In this document: piece after piece, positions 1 to 12,700 of the stretch | Layout of the letters: each line of letters starts with the position of its first letter | How positions within the stretch are numbered: position 1 is the first letter of the stretch | Source of the DNA: Selaginella moellendorffii | Lineage: Eukaryota; Plantae; Lycopodiophyta | DNA length: 64,000 nucleotides | Direction: 5' to 3' | Assembly (NCBI RefSeq): GCF_000143415.4 | Contig: NW_003314276.1 | Location: 171,784 to 235,783 of the forward strand | The notes under the pieces: generated by a model | What the model saw: only the letters and a program-made list of their open reading frames with translations | Told to the model about the DNA's origin: nothing | Databases searched by the model: none | Translations under genes and position numbers: made by a program

Positions 1-1893
1 ATACCTACTATACTTTTGGAACCCCCTGTAGTGCCACCCCCCCCCCCCCCCCCCTTGGAGACACATGCTTTGGGCTTTCACCCCTCAACCGGTATTAGTA
101 CTAGGGCTCAATCTCGGATTTGATCTTGGACTCGATCTTAGACCCGACCTCGGACTCGGTCTCGGACCCGATCTTGGACTTGACCTCGGACCCAATCTCA
201 GACTCGATCTTGAACTCAACCTCAGACTCGGTCTTGGACCTAATCTCGGATCTCAGACTCTATCTCGAACTCAGTCTTCTCGAAGTCGGCCTCAGACTTG
301 ATCCCGGACTCTATCTTGAACTTGGTCTCAAAGTTAGTCTTGGACTCGATCTCAGACTCGGTCCCATCCGATGATCTCTTTATTATTTTGGTCGTGCTTT
401 CGGGAATCCTTTAGCCTACGACACCTCGGGGAGATTTTTCCTTACAACTCTACTACCCATAGAAGAAGTTCGATGCCCACATTAAACGTCTCTTTTTAAT
501 TCTACAACTTGTTGACCATGTCTCCGGGTACATCCCCCCACTTAGCAGTGTCCCTAAGTTAGCCTCCCCGGACAAGAGCCCATAACAACAGAATATAAGT
601 GTCCCTACACCCCTCACCTCACCACGCTCTAGTATGGGGTTGGGACTTGAACCTAGCCTTGCTTTACTAGGGGGTTGGGACTCAAACCCAACCTCTTTAG
701 AATATGTCTATGTATTTGACATCTCCGCAAGGAGTCGGGCGTAGTTCCCTATGCCTGGTCAACCTAACTAACCCATGCTAATTAACTTACCTTTGACACG
801 CCTTCGAGTCCCAATATATGCCATTGCTCAACTTCACAAATTAATACTTTTAATTGAACTTTGCATAAGTACATAGAGTTCCTCCACTAGATCTCGAACA
901 TTCGCTAGGTTCTCCTCCGATTCCCATGTTGCTTTGTAGTGTGGAAATCTTTTCCACTTCACATAGAACTTCCTCACCTCACGTCCTTGTCACTTGCTCT
1001 TGCACGCATTGAGTATGACCTCGACTTTGTATTCCTCTTCCCCTTGGATAACCTCAGGTAAAGGTCTCACTTGGTCCTTACGAAGCGGATCCTCAAAGTA
1101 TAACTTGAGTAAGTTCACATGAAACACTGAGTGCATCTTCCCTATCTCGCGAGGAAGTTAGAGGTGGTAAGCCACTTTACCGATTCATGCCTTAATCTTG
1201 TAAGGCCTTGCAAACCTACTTAAGGAACTCAAGATTAGTTCATTTCCAGGAATACATGCATTTTTATCTTTGGGTCAACTTCTAGTTGATCCCACTTGGT
1301 AGCCTTAAGTTCTTGGTGTTCAACCACACTTTCTCCCTAGGTTGGAACTTTATGTCTTAGCGCTTCTGGTTCGCATACTTGGTTTGCCTTTATTAAGCCT
1401 GTTCCAAGGAATCCCTCACTAGATTCCAAATGTTGACTCTTTCCACCTTGAATGCCTCCACTGTGGGTAACTCTTCATGATACTTGGCCACACCGAATTC
1501 CACATGACCTTTAATAGCTCACCCATTAATGACTTCCCATGGGCTCACCTTGATACTCGAGTGTGGTGAGTTGTTATAGCACATTTCCGCAAGTCCCAAA
1601 TGACTTACACAATCGGTCTGGTCTCCCGAGACATAGCATCGTAAATAATCCTCTAGCTGCCTATTCACCCTTGCCGTTTGTCTGTCTGTCAAGAAATGAT
1701 TGTGCTATCAAAACTTGACTCAAAGCCCAATACCTATCTGTGGGTGATAGGCGTGTGATATTGTTCTAAGAGAGTTCTCCAGAACCTACTGGTGAAGATC
1801 TTATCTCAATCTGAGATAATCTCTCCTGGCCTTCCCCGCACTTGAACCACTTGTTCGAAGAACAGCTTCGCCACACCTTCCACATCCATTTCT
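1..1893 (-). mobile_element. Degenerate 3' part of Ty3/gypsy chromovirus family A (integrase-chromodomain remnant, 3' UTR, PPT, 3' LTR 1-446 cut by window edge)
   Basis: Reverse complement of ~1150-1890 matches 5990-6750, and ~870-1040 encodes a decayed chromodomain. The LTR boundary is at ...CTTACA 446, followed by the PPT-side ACTCTACTACCCATAG. Positions 1-850 are paralogous to ~63250-64000. Confidence 0.88.
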
Positions 1894-2792
1894 ATTATAG
1901 TGGGTCCGAGATCGAGTCCGAGATCGAGTCCAAGTCCGAATCCGAAGTCGGATCCGAAATCGGGTCCGAGATCGAGCCAGAGACTAAGTCCAAATACTAA
2001 TACGGGTCAAGGGGTGAAAGCCCAAAGCGTGCGTCTCCTAGGGGGGGGGGGGGGGCTGCAGGGGGTTCCAAAAGTATAGTAGGGATAGTGAGGTCTAGGA
2101 ACCAGTTTTGAAGGGACTCTCCAGTTGGGCTTCCAAACCGACTTGAGGTTGAGGCTGGGACCGAGGGGCCTTGGGTGGGAGTGAGCATGGACTTGGCTGG
2201 TGCCGGAGGGGCCATCCAAGGAAGTGCTCAAGAGCAGCTCCCACTCCCAAAAGGGAAACCGACTACGGTGCTCCCGGCTCAGGTGGAGTGGTGCCCCACT
2301 TGAGTACCTTGTGGCTCATTGGTCCTCGCCCTTCCGGGGGCTTGGGCCTTCCCTTCGGGATGGAAGAGGGGGGGTAGAGGTACCCATACTGGGCCGTTAG
2401 GCCACGGTGTTTCGCCCCGACATCCCGAAGCAAGTGCTGCACCCAAGGCTTGGGATTTAGAGGGTCCCATGATCAAGTCTTGTGGTACCAAGGGGTGTTA
2501 GGAATCTAGAGGCTTGGTGTGCTTGGCTGCTTGTGCCTGCGGGGAGTGTAGCCGAACCTTAAGTCTAGTCTAACCCGGGGAGGGGGATTGGGAGAGATTT
2601 GGGAATCCGTAGATGGATGGCTAACACTCCGTTGCTCGTGCAGTGAGTAGCTGAAACCAAGTAGGACCAAGTAGGAGCTGGTACCATAGGCGAGAACCTT
2701 GGCGAGGGAACTTAGCACAAGCCAAGGCAGAGTTGGTCGGATAGACGAGGTAAGCTGGCAAATTGGAAAGGAAAAATTTGTGGCTTACAATT

Positions 2793-2804
2793 TGGTATCG
2801 GAGC
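2793..2804 (+). promoter_or_regulatory. Primer-binding site (initiator tRNA-Met) of family A
   Basis: TGGTATCGGAGC 3 nt after the LTR end. The same site recurs at 31202-31213. Confidence 0.9.
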
Positions 2805-5800
2805 CTCTTCCTCAGTTCTAGCGAAGGATAGAGGTGGATTGCTGGGAGATAGCAAAGGCAGGGCATAAGCGAACCTAAGCGGAGACAGAACCTCTGCGGA
2901 GAACAACAGAGGCCAACGAAGGACCGATGGCCACTTGGGAAATGATGAAGGCGAGGATCCGTGCAACTTACGTTCCTCCGAATGCTACTCTGCACCTAAG
3001 GGACGAGCTGAGTAGGCTGAAGCAGACCGGAACCATTCAGGAGTATGTGAATGGGTTTATGGCAAAGAGGATACTTGTCACGGACATGGGGGATATGGAT
3101 GCGTTCCATGCCTTCATATCAGGTTTGCAAACCTGGGCTCGCGGCGAAGTAATGCAGTGGAACCCGACCAACTACAAAGAAGCGTTGGATGCGGCCATCA
3201 AGGTGCATTTCAACGATAACCTGCGAAAGGGGAACACGACGGGGTCAGGATCCACGTTTAGCAAAGGGGCCAAACCAAGGGGAACGTTTAGCAGAGGGAA
3301 ATTCAAGAGGAGTTTCTCTAAGAATGAGTCCTCGGGGTTCCGGAAAGGCAAATCCGGTGGCCAGCGAGTGAGTATGTGGGGGAGTCAAGTGAAAAGAGAC
3401 AAACCCACGGATAAGAAGGTCAAGTCATATAGCAGCGTGGGAAACAACGTATGCTACAACTGCGGTGAAGCGGGACACTTCTCAAGGGAGTGTCCCTACC
3501 CGAAGAAGGCCAGAGCCAATATGGCCATCAAGTCGGGTGAAGTCCAAACGAAGGTATGTGATCCAGTCCCTAACTCAAAGTTACTCATTACACGAGAAAC
3601 TTTGGTAGAGAGTCGTTCGCGACATCTACTAGCCCTCCGAGGGAAGCTCGGAGGTAGCTTTGTTAAAATCCTTATTGACACGGGTGCTTCGGATAATTTT
3701 GTGGCTGCAGACATAGTCCGGCAAGCCGGACTAACGGTGCAACGGCTAGGCAAACCAAGGACTATAGAGTTTGTTCAAGGTAGCCAAAGCACCGATGAGG
3801 TACTTCGACAAGCGAGAGTCGAAGTGGGGACTTGGAAGGTGGACATGGATTTCACCGTGTTGGACATGGCGGGATTTGACGTGATCTTCGGAATGGACTG
3901 GTTCAATCGATTCGTGGTAGCCCTGCATGGACAAGGTAGAAACCTTGTGGTACTGGCGAATGCCCAAGGAAGAAGATCTAGGGTGGAGGCCCAAGATCTA
4001 AAGGTAGGGCAAAGCAAGGCCAAAGATTCCTGCTTAAACCTAGTGTCCACGAGAGGACAACTCACTAAAGGAACTAAGGTGGCCTTTTTGTGCTTACTCT
4101 CGATGAAGAGTGACAAAAAGACAGAAATGGAAGAAGTACCTTTAGTGATCCAGCGGGTGTTGGACCAATTCCAGGATACCATTCCGGAGGAGCTACCGGC
4201 GGGGCTACCCCCAGCACGACCGATAGAACATAAGATTGAGCTGGTCGAGGGTGCTAAGGCAGTGGTTCGTCCCCCTTATCGTTTGAACGAAAAAGAACTC
4301 AAGGAGCTCAAGTGCCAACTAGAGGAGTTGGTGGACAAAGGGTATGTTAGGTTGAGCAAGTCACCGTATGGGGCGCCGGTGTTATTTGTGAAAAAGAAAG
4401 ATGGATCTATGCGCATGTGCATAGACTACCAGTTGCTCAACAAGTATACAAAGAAGAACAAGTACCCTTTGCCAAGGATTGAGGACCTGTTCGATAGGTT
4501 GGGAAAGGCAAAATACTTCTCGAGGATTGACCTAAGGTCAGGATACTACCAGATCAGGGTAGCCGAGGAAGATGTCGAGAAGACAAACTGTCGAACGAGG
4601 TATGGGAGCTTTGAGTTTCTAGTGATGCCCTTCGGGCTATGTAATGCGCCGGCAACATTTTTGGCGCTAATGAACCACATCTTTGTACCCTATCTGGATC
4701 ACTTCGTGGTCGTCTATATCGACGACATCTTGATCTATAGCGAGACGCTAGAGGAGCATGCCGAACACTTGGCGAAGGTGTTTGAGAAACTAAGGGAACA
4801 CAAGCTGTATGCTAAAGAGAGCAAATGTGACTTTGCTCAACAAGAGGTAAAGTTTCTCGGGCATGTGGTGGGCCAGGACGGGCTCAAGGTGGACCCGGAG
4901 AAGGTCCAAGCGATCCAGGAATGGGAGCGACCATCCAATGTACACGAGTTGAGGGCATTCCTAGGGTTATGCAACTACTATTGAAAGTTTATCAGACACT
5001 ATTCGAGAGTAGCCCTGCCCTTAACGGACCAAATAGGAAAAGGGAAGATGGTGTGGACAGCAGAATGCGAGGTGGCATTCGTCCACCTCAAAGGGAAATT
5101 GAGGAAGGCTCCCGTATTGGCATTACTAGACTTTGGTAAGGACTTTGAGGTAGAAACGGATGCTTCGGACTTTGCGTTGGGCGCAGGTTTGAAGCAAGAC
5201 AACCATCCGGTAGCGTTCTTCTCGAAGAAGCTGGACAAGGCTCAACGGAAGTGGCCTGCCCACGAGAAGGAATTGTTTGCGGTGGTCAAGGCGCTCAAGG
5301 AGTGGCGACACTACCTTGGGAGACACTTCAAGGTTTACACGGACATGAATGCCTTGGCTGAGTTTGATTGCGAGATTCTGTACAAGCCTGGGAAGAGCAA
5401 CATCGTGGCAGATGCGCTAAGTCGAAAAGCGAGCTTGAGGTTGGCAATATCCAGCGCAACAGCAACCTTCTGGGACGATGTGCGGACAGCATATGAGAAC
5501 GATGGTCTAGCACAGGAATTGTTGCTGAGGAATCTAGAGGCGCGGGAAGCTCACCAGAGAGGTGAGCTGCCAACGGAAGAGAAAACGGGCTATGCGGAAC
5601 GCAACGGACTCATTTATTACAAGCAAACGAGGGTGTATGTTCCAGAAGGGGGACTAAGGAAGGTGGCCTTAGAAGAGTGTCATGATGGACCTCTTGCGGG
5701 ACACGGTGGAGTGCCCAAGAGGATAGGCTTACTCAAAAGGAAGTACCATTGGCCAAATATGGCTAAGGACGTCCAAGACTATGTAAAGACATGTCCAACA

Positions 5801-6167
5801 TGTCAGCAGGTAAAAGCCGTGACTAAGGCTAGTGGGGGCTTGTTGCAAAGCATCCCAATTCCAGATCGCCCGTGGAAATGTCTTACGATGGACTTCATCA
5901 CGGGACTCCCCCCAAGCGAGGGGTTTGATGTGATATTCGTGGTGGTGGACCGATTTTCGAAAATGGCACACTTCATACCCACCACAACGGAGGTGGATGC
6001 GGAAGGTGTGGCAAAGCTGTTCTTCGAACAAGTGGTTCGAGTGCGGGGAAGACCGGAAGAGATCATCTCAGATCGAGATAAGATCTTCACCAGTAGGTTC
6101 TAGAGGACTCTCCTGGAACAGTATCGCACCAAGTTGAAATTCAGCACAGCCTATCACCCACAGACAG

Positions 6168-6213
6168 GTATGGGGTATTGAGTCAAGTTGTTGGCACTAA
6201 CACTACTTGACAG
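6168..6213 (+). other. 46-nt GT-AG spliceosomal-type intron inside the integrase core
   Basis: ACA G|GTATGG...CTAAC...TTGACAG|AC GGA. Removal gives HPQTDGQTERVN. A 48-nt homolog with GT-AG lies at 1686-1733 (-). Confidence 0.85.
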
Positions 6214-6631
6214 ACGGACAAACGGAAAGGGTGAATAGGCAACTGGAGGATTATTTGCGATGCTATGTCTCGGGAGACCAGACCAATTGGGTAAGTCATT
6301 TGGGACTTGCGGAAATGTGTTATAACAACTCACCACATTCGAGTATCGGGGTGAGTCCATGGGAAGTCATCAATGGGCGAGCTATTGAAGGTCCTGTGGA
6401 ACTCAGCGTGGCCGAGTACCATGGAGAGTTGCCCGCAATGGAGGCATTCACGGCGGAAAGACTCAGCATTTGGAATCTAGTGAGGGATTCCTTGGAACGG
6501 GCTCAACAAAGGCAAACCAAATACGCGAACCAGAAGCGTCAGGATGTAGAGTTCCAAGCTGGGGAGAAGGTGTGGCTGAACACCAAGGACTTCAGACTAC
6601 CAAGTGGGATCAGCCGAAAGTTGACCCAAAG

Positions 6632-6683
6632 GTAAAGATGCATGTATTCCTGTAAATGAATTGATCTTGAGTTCCTTAAGCAG
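6632..6683 (+). other. 52-nt GT-AG intron just before the integrase GPY/F motif
   Basis: CAA AG|GTAAAG...TAAGCAG|G ATC GCG GGG CCT TAC gives RKLTQRIAGPY. A 52-nt homolog lies at 1216-1267 (-), with the donor mutated to AT. Confidence 0.83.
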
Positions 6684-6750
6684 GATCGCGGGGCCTTACG
6701 AGATTGAGGCACGAATCGGTAAAGTGGCTTACCGACTCCAACTTCCTCCG

Positions 6751-7922
6751 ATCACATACCTCAGTTTGAATTTCACCCGACTTAATGGCTATATTGGCTC
6801 TGGCCTTCTTCGGGTAGGGACATTCCCTCAAAAAGTGTCCCACTTCACCGTAATTGAAGCATATATTGTTTCTCACACTACTAGCCGACTTGACCTTCTT
6901 ATCTATGGATTTGTCTCTTTTCGCTTGACTCCCCCATGTACTTGCTCGCTGACCCCCAGATCTACCTTTCCGGAACCCCAAGGACTCATTCTTAGAGAAA
7001 TTCTTCTTGAATTTCCCTTTGCCATATGTTCCTATTGGTTTGGCCCCTTTGCTAAACGTGGACCCCAACCCCGTCGTGTTCCCCTTTTGCAAGTTATCAT
7101 TAAAATGTACCTTGATAGCCGCATCTAACGCTTTTTTATAGTTGGTCGGGTTCCAGCGCATCACCTTGCCACAAGCCCAGGTTTGCAAGCCTGATATGAA
7201 AACATGGAATGCATCCATATCACCCATTCTATGACAAGTATCCTCTTTGCTATAAACCCATTCACATACTCTTGAATGGTTTCAGTCTTCCTTAGCCTAC
7301 TCAGCTCATCCCTTAGGTACAGAGTAACATTCAGAGGAACTTGAGTAGCACAGATCCTCGCGTTCATCATTTCCCAAGTGGCCACCAGTAATTCGTTAGC
7401 CTCTGTTATTCTCCACCAAGACTTGGCATTATCTACCAAGTATGGTTTTGCACATGGGACCTTCTTTGACCTTGGTAACCGCAATGCTCAAAAGTAGTCC
7501 TCCATATCGTAAAACCAATCCTCCACCACCTTATAGTCATTCACTCCCTTGAACTCCAGTGGGGGCTTTAGTTTGTACTTGGGAACTACTTGAGGGACTG
7601 ATTTGACTTCGGTCTATTTGACCTTGTTTGGTTCTGCCTCAGTCCCTGCCGAAGGGTCTGCACCTTTTGTGCTGCTAGCATCCGTAGTCTTTCACTTTTT
7701 CTTTCGCTTCTCGTTATGCTTTAGCTTGCGTATGAGAGTCTCTAGTAGGGCATTGGTCTATGCCAATTGCCCTTCTAAAACATCCAATCGAGCCTTGGAC
7801 GACTGAACCTCACCACCAAACTCTTGTTTGGAAGTTTCCTCACTAGAGTCTTCCTCATGCAAGGATTCCTCATCCATAACCTCTTATTTGACCAGAAGCT
7901 CCAGCTCTAAAGGAGGTTCCAT
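6751..7922 (-). pseudogene. Inverted degenerate gag fragment of family A
   Basis: ORFs 7161-7484 and 6676-7227 align with the 2927 Gag (WEMMNARI..., CFNYGEVGHFLRECP). The fragment also includes the Gag N-terminus that is deleted from the + copy. Confidence 0.88.
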
Positions 7923-8232
7923 GTGTAGCACACGTGGTTTTGACCCTTTATCCTATGCTGATTTACCATAGGATAACACCACGAAGCGGAACCTAAACCC
8001 TCTTTGTGCCACGTGACAGATGCCACGTGTCACATGCCACGTGTCCATGCCACGTGTCCATAGGAACCCGAGGTTCAGGGCCTTGGGCCACTGAACGAAC
8101 GAACGGTGCCAAACTCCATGGCATGGAGCCAAGGAGTGATGGAACCGAACCACCAAGCAACTCCCAAGCATACAGCCCAAGGAGCGAAGGGACAGGGGCC
8201 CGGAGCGACTTGGAACAGTCCTGGAGCAACCA
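7923..8232. repeat. Probable LTR fragment of another family, interrupted by family B
   Basis: Begins TGTAGCAC..., is unrelated to the flanking gag, and ends at the family B LTR start. Confidence 0.45.
8007..8060. promoter_or_regulatory. Four tandem G-box/ABRE motifs (TGCCACGTG)
   Basis: TGCCACGTGAC AGA TGCCACGTGTC ACA TGCCACGTGTC CA TGCCACGTGTC. Confidence 0.6.
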
Positions 8233-9149
8233 TGTAGCGCACCTGAATTTGGAGCCGAACTCCAAGCCCGTTGCGCTACGAAACGAGGGTCCGGCACAAT
8301 CCCACGAGCACCAGCTCCCCGTATCCAGCACCTGCACGCAAAATGGTGTCAGACGGAGTCTGACACAATTTTGGCATACCGGTGGCCTAACGCGAGAAGG
8401 AGGGTACTCCACCGACTAGAGCAGCGTGGAGCTTGGGCTTAGACCCAAGCCGGACGCAGAACAAGGAGCGACACAGCCCAGCGGAAGCCAAACTAATGTC
8501 TCAGGTGGTCGGACATGCATTCCAACCACTATCCCTACTATACATTTGGAACCCCCCACAGCCCCCCCCCCCTTGAGGGACACACGCTTTGGGCTTTCAC
8601 CCCAAGCCTCCCTTAGTACCAGGAGTTAGTCTCTGGGACAAGTCCGAAACTTACTAAATATGGAATGGCCTTAGATTGCGAATTTGGACACGGGACGAAC
8701 ACCATTGTGTTCAGGCCGATCTCTACATTCTGTAAATATGCCAAATGAGCGAATCTAGACACTTCCCATAAATAGCATATGGGACCGAAATGAGACCAAC
8801 ACTAAGGGCATGATAGCGAGGGTGTTTGGCAGACACGGTAAGCTATCATCAATCGAATATTGAGGGACTAGTCTCAATATCACGGGGGTTCCCAACACTA
8901 GCAAGTGCAAGTCAGCGAATGAGTTTCTCTAACCAGGTCAAGTATGCTTGACAAATAGCATATAGGAATTCCGTCCTTATGCTCATCTGGTCAAGTGCAC
9001 ATGCGATGACCAGTTTCTCAACTAGCTTGAGTGGAGACTATAAAAGGGACCAGCAGTACCGACCTCCTGCCGTCGTGGCAGTAAGGAAAGAGTGCCCGTA
9101 AGGACTGGCCGACAAGTATCTTTCGATACCCGAAGTCACATTCGCGACA
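8233..9149 (-). repeat. 3' LTR of family B
   Basis: Direct repeat of 14671-15595. Confidence 0.93.
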
Positions 9150-9763
9150 CTCTCCCCCCCTTGGGGAAGATCGACGTCCTCATTGATGCATACCCGAGTC
9201 TAGCAAACCGTCAAGGAAACAACTTCGAAAGTTAACGGAAAGCACACTATGTGGGAAATACACCGACTTAAATGAGTTATGGAATGACCTCTCCTCTACA
9301 TCCAAAGACGTTAAGACCCAGACACCCTCCGGCCGTCGCCGACAAGGAAATGACCAACGGAGTTAGCCACCCTTGCTGCTCTGAGTACCACTCAGCTTAC
9401 AAAGGAATGATACATCCCTGCCCGCAGGGATATAGGGAGAAGGCCAGAGGCCCAACTGCCCCTGAGCAAGAAATCAACCCCGTCGGGAAGATTTAGACAA
9501 CTATTATAAAGTGGCAGAGTAAGTTGTTTACGCGACCACGCCCCTTTTTTTTTTCGAAAAGGAGTCATCGAGAGAGAGGCAGGGACTTGTGATCAGTCTA
9601 TAATAGTTATCCCCATGGTTATGGATTGGACCCATGCACCGAAGTGCCGAAGTCAGCCTGCCAAAACTGACCCAAGTACAAATGATCGAGAGAAACGACA
9701 CTTTGAGTGATAGAAATATTTTACTTTATTAATTTGCAAGATTTATTACAAGATTTACAAAAG

Positions 9764-12700
9764 CTAGGCTTTATTACAATTCTCATACTCCGTGACAAGC
9801 TCACGAGCATGGGTAAGATTACTAAGAGGTTCCCAAGTTGATTCACAAGTCGGGTAACCTTTCCACTTAACTAGATATTCCTTTGCACGACCACCACGTT
9901 TCCGGCGACAAGCCAGAATGCTTTCAACTTCGTATTCAGGTTCAACGTCCACAACATCTGGTGGCGGACGAATCTCCCCTTGACGTGCATCATCCATAGT
10001 GTAAGGAGCCAATAGATTGGCATGAAATACATTATGAACATTGGACATCTCCATAGGCAGATCCAACCGATAGGATACATCACCAAGACATTTTAACACC
10101 CGATAGGGTCCAACGTATCTCGGCAAGAGCTTCCGAGACAAAGAACCCTTAATATTCAAGTTTCGGGAAGATAGCCACACCTGATCTCCCACTTGATAAG
10201 ATACATCCCGACGATGCTGATCCTTATCACGTCGATACCTATCCTGAGCTTTGCCCATCGCCTCGGTAGCTTTAGACCAACCTTGGCGTAGCTGCTCCGC
10301 ATAAGTTTCCACGGCTGGGACCAACACTTCGGTCATTGGTTTCGGGACAACAATCTGTTGAGGAACCCCACGAGCATTTCCTTGCAACATCTCCCATGGA
10401 GAACAGCCTATAGCGCTGTGAAATGTGTTGTTATAACAGATTTCTGCTGTATCCAAATGCTCAATCCAATCGCTTTGGTCCGCCGCGACATAGTACCGCA
10501 GATAATCCTCAACTTGAGCATTCATGCGTTCGGTCTGCCCATCGGTTTGAGGATGATAAGCTGTACTAAACTTCAATTTGGTACCAAACAACTGGAATAG
10601 GGTTCCCCAAAATTTCCCCGTAAACCTCGAATCTCTATCTGAGATCATTTCTTCAGGAAGACCACGAACTCGCACTACTTCATGGAAAAAGAGCTTTGCT
10701 GCTTGTTTCGCATTTACTGTTCCCACAGTTGGAACGAAGTGTGCAATCTTTGACAACCGATCCACAACCACCATCAAAGTATCATAACCCTTAGACTTCG
10801 GCAAGCAAGTGACGAAATCAAGTGTCACACTTTGAAATGGCCATGCCGGTGCTGGAATGCACTGCAACTTTCCAGCCTGTTTTTCAGTTCTGCGCTTACA
10901 TTGCTGGCATATAGGGCAGGAACGGACATAATCCGCTACATCACCGTCCATACCAGACCAGAAAAATCCCTTTTTCAATGAAGCTAGAGTCTTTCGCTGT
11001 CCACCATGTCCCGCTGCTAGAACATCATGATGTTCCCGCAGAAATAACTGCTGAAGATCCTTAGAGGGAAGATACAATCTCTCTTGCTTATAGAATATAA
11101 GCCCATCCCGAACTGAGAAGTGAAGCTTCGCGTTGGTTTGACTAGCAACTTTCGCCGCTTCGCTACCAGGTTTCTACTTTGACAACTCCGTACGGTGTAA
11201 GATTGCCTTCGCCAATGGATCACTCCCATATGAAGCTCGAACATCCTCTAACCAGTCCGAACTGATGGCTGATATTGCTCGGAACTGAGCCTGTCGACTC
11301 AATGCATCCGGAACAATATTGTCTTTACCAGGTTTATATATGATTTCGATATCATATCTAGCAAGCTTCTCTTGCCAACGAACCTGCTTTGCCGTAAGCT
11401 TAGGCTGTGTAGCAAAGTAGCTTAGTGTGTTACTATCTGTATAAACTTTGTTGTGTCCACCCAAGTAGTGTCTCCAGTGTTCCAGGGCCGACACTATAGC
11501 AAACATCTCTTTCTCGTGCGTTGGCCATCTTCATTGGGTCTCATCCAATTTCTTGGAATAGAATGCAACGGGACAACCATGTCTTTTTAGCGTAACACCA
11601 ACTGCTTTGTCACAATCTTGCTGTAACACGGCACCAATAGCATAACCAGATGCATCACAATGCACTTCGAAGGGTTTATCAAGATCTAGGATCCTGAGAA
11701 CAGGAACCGTAGTCAAGATCTCCTTCAATCGTACAAAAGCACGCTGACAAGCTGGTGTCCAATGAAACGGAATATTGCTCTTCGTCAACTCAGTCAACGG
11801 AAGAGCAATACTTGCAAAATTGCGGACAAACTTGCGATAGTATCCCGCCAAACCGAGAAAGGAACGAACATCTGATACAGTGGTCGGGACTTCCCAGGAC
11901 TTCACCGCTTCCACCTTCTTTGGATCGACCTCAATCACGCCACCACCAACTATATGTCCGAGAAAGTTTACGCGCAATTGACCAAAAGCGCATTTACTTT
12001 CCTTAGCATACAGTTTGTGTTTGCGCAACTTCTGAAACACCAGCTCCAAGTGTTTCAAATGATCCTCCAACGTTTCACTAAAGACTAGAACATCGTCGAT
12101 ATACAGGACAACAAATGCATCCAAATAATCTCCAAATATTCTATCCATCATAGTGCTGAACGTTGCCGGAGCATTGCATAACCCGAACGGCATGACAAGG
12201 AACTCATAAGATCCGTACTAAGTCTTAAAGGCTGTCTTCTCCACATCCTGATCTGCCACCCGTATCTGATGATATCCGGACCGCAAATCAAGTCGCGTAA
12301 AATACTTAGCCTTTAAGAGTTGGTCAAACAAGTCATCAATGCGAGGCAAAGGATAACTGTTTTTAACCGTGATCTTATTGAGTGCCCGATAGTCAATACA
12401 CATCCTCATGGTTCCATCCTTTTTCATAACGAAGAGGACCGGCGCTCCATAAAGTGACTTGCTTGGTCGGATATGACCTTTGTCAAGAAGCTCCGTGAGT
12501 TGCTTCTTGAGTTCAGCCATCTCCTTGATGTTCAACCAATATGGAGCTTTCGTAGGTGGTTTAGAACCCGGAATAATCTCAATCCGATGATCAACCTCAC
12601 GGCTAGGAGGTAGCCCTGGTGGCAAATCCTTCGGAAAGATATCCTGATTCCTCGCCAACAACTCCAATATCCTTTTTGGTACAGGATCAACCCCATCGCC

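Larger units (their letters stand above)
1900..6750 (+). mobile_element. Ty3/gypsy family A element: 5'-truncated LTR (~1900-2789), PBS, gag-pol, 3'-truncated
   Basis: LTR ends ...TGTGGCTTACA at 2789, then TGGTATCGGAGC. Domain order is Gag-ZnK-PR-RT-RH-IN. Confidence 0.92.
2927..6750 (+). pseudogene. gag-pol polyprotein pseudogene of family A (2 nonsense codons, RNase H deletion, 2 introns in integrase)
   Basis: Motifs [46 protein letters not shown] and SDRD. In-frame stops at 4982 (TGA) and 6101 (TAG). The frame is restored by removing 6168-6213 and 6632-6683. Confidence 0.92.

Noticed and set aside
2010-2095. Resemblance of the shared LTR module to 5S rRNA (Cassandra) or group II intron domain I
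   Set aside because: Only short word matches (AAGCGTGC, GGGTGAAAG). No intact A/C boxes or intron domains.
11575-11625. Extra ~12 residues (CDKAVGVTLKRH) in family B RNase H as a possible intron
   Set aside because: It is in frame with no GT donor in the better-preserved copy. The GT in the relic copy is explained by C>T decay.
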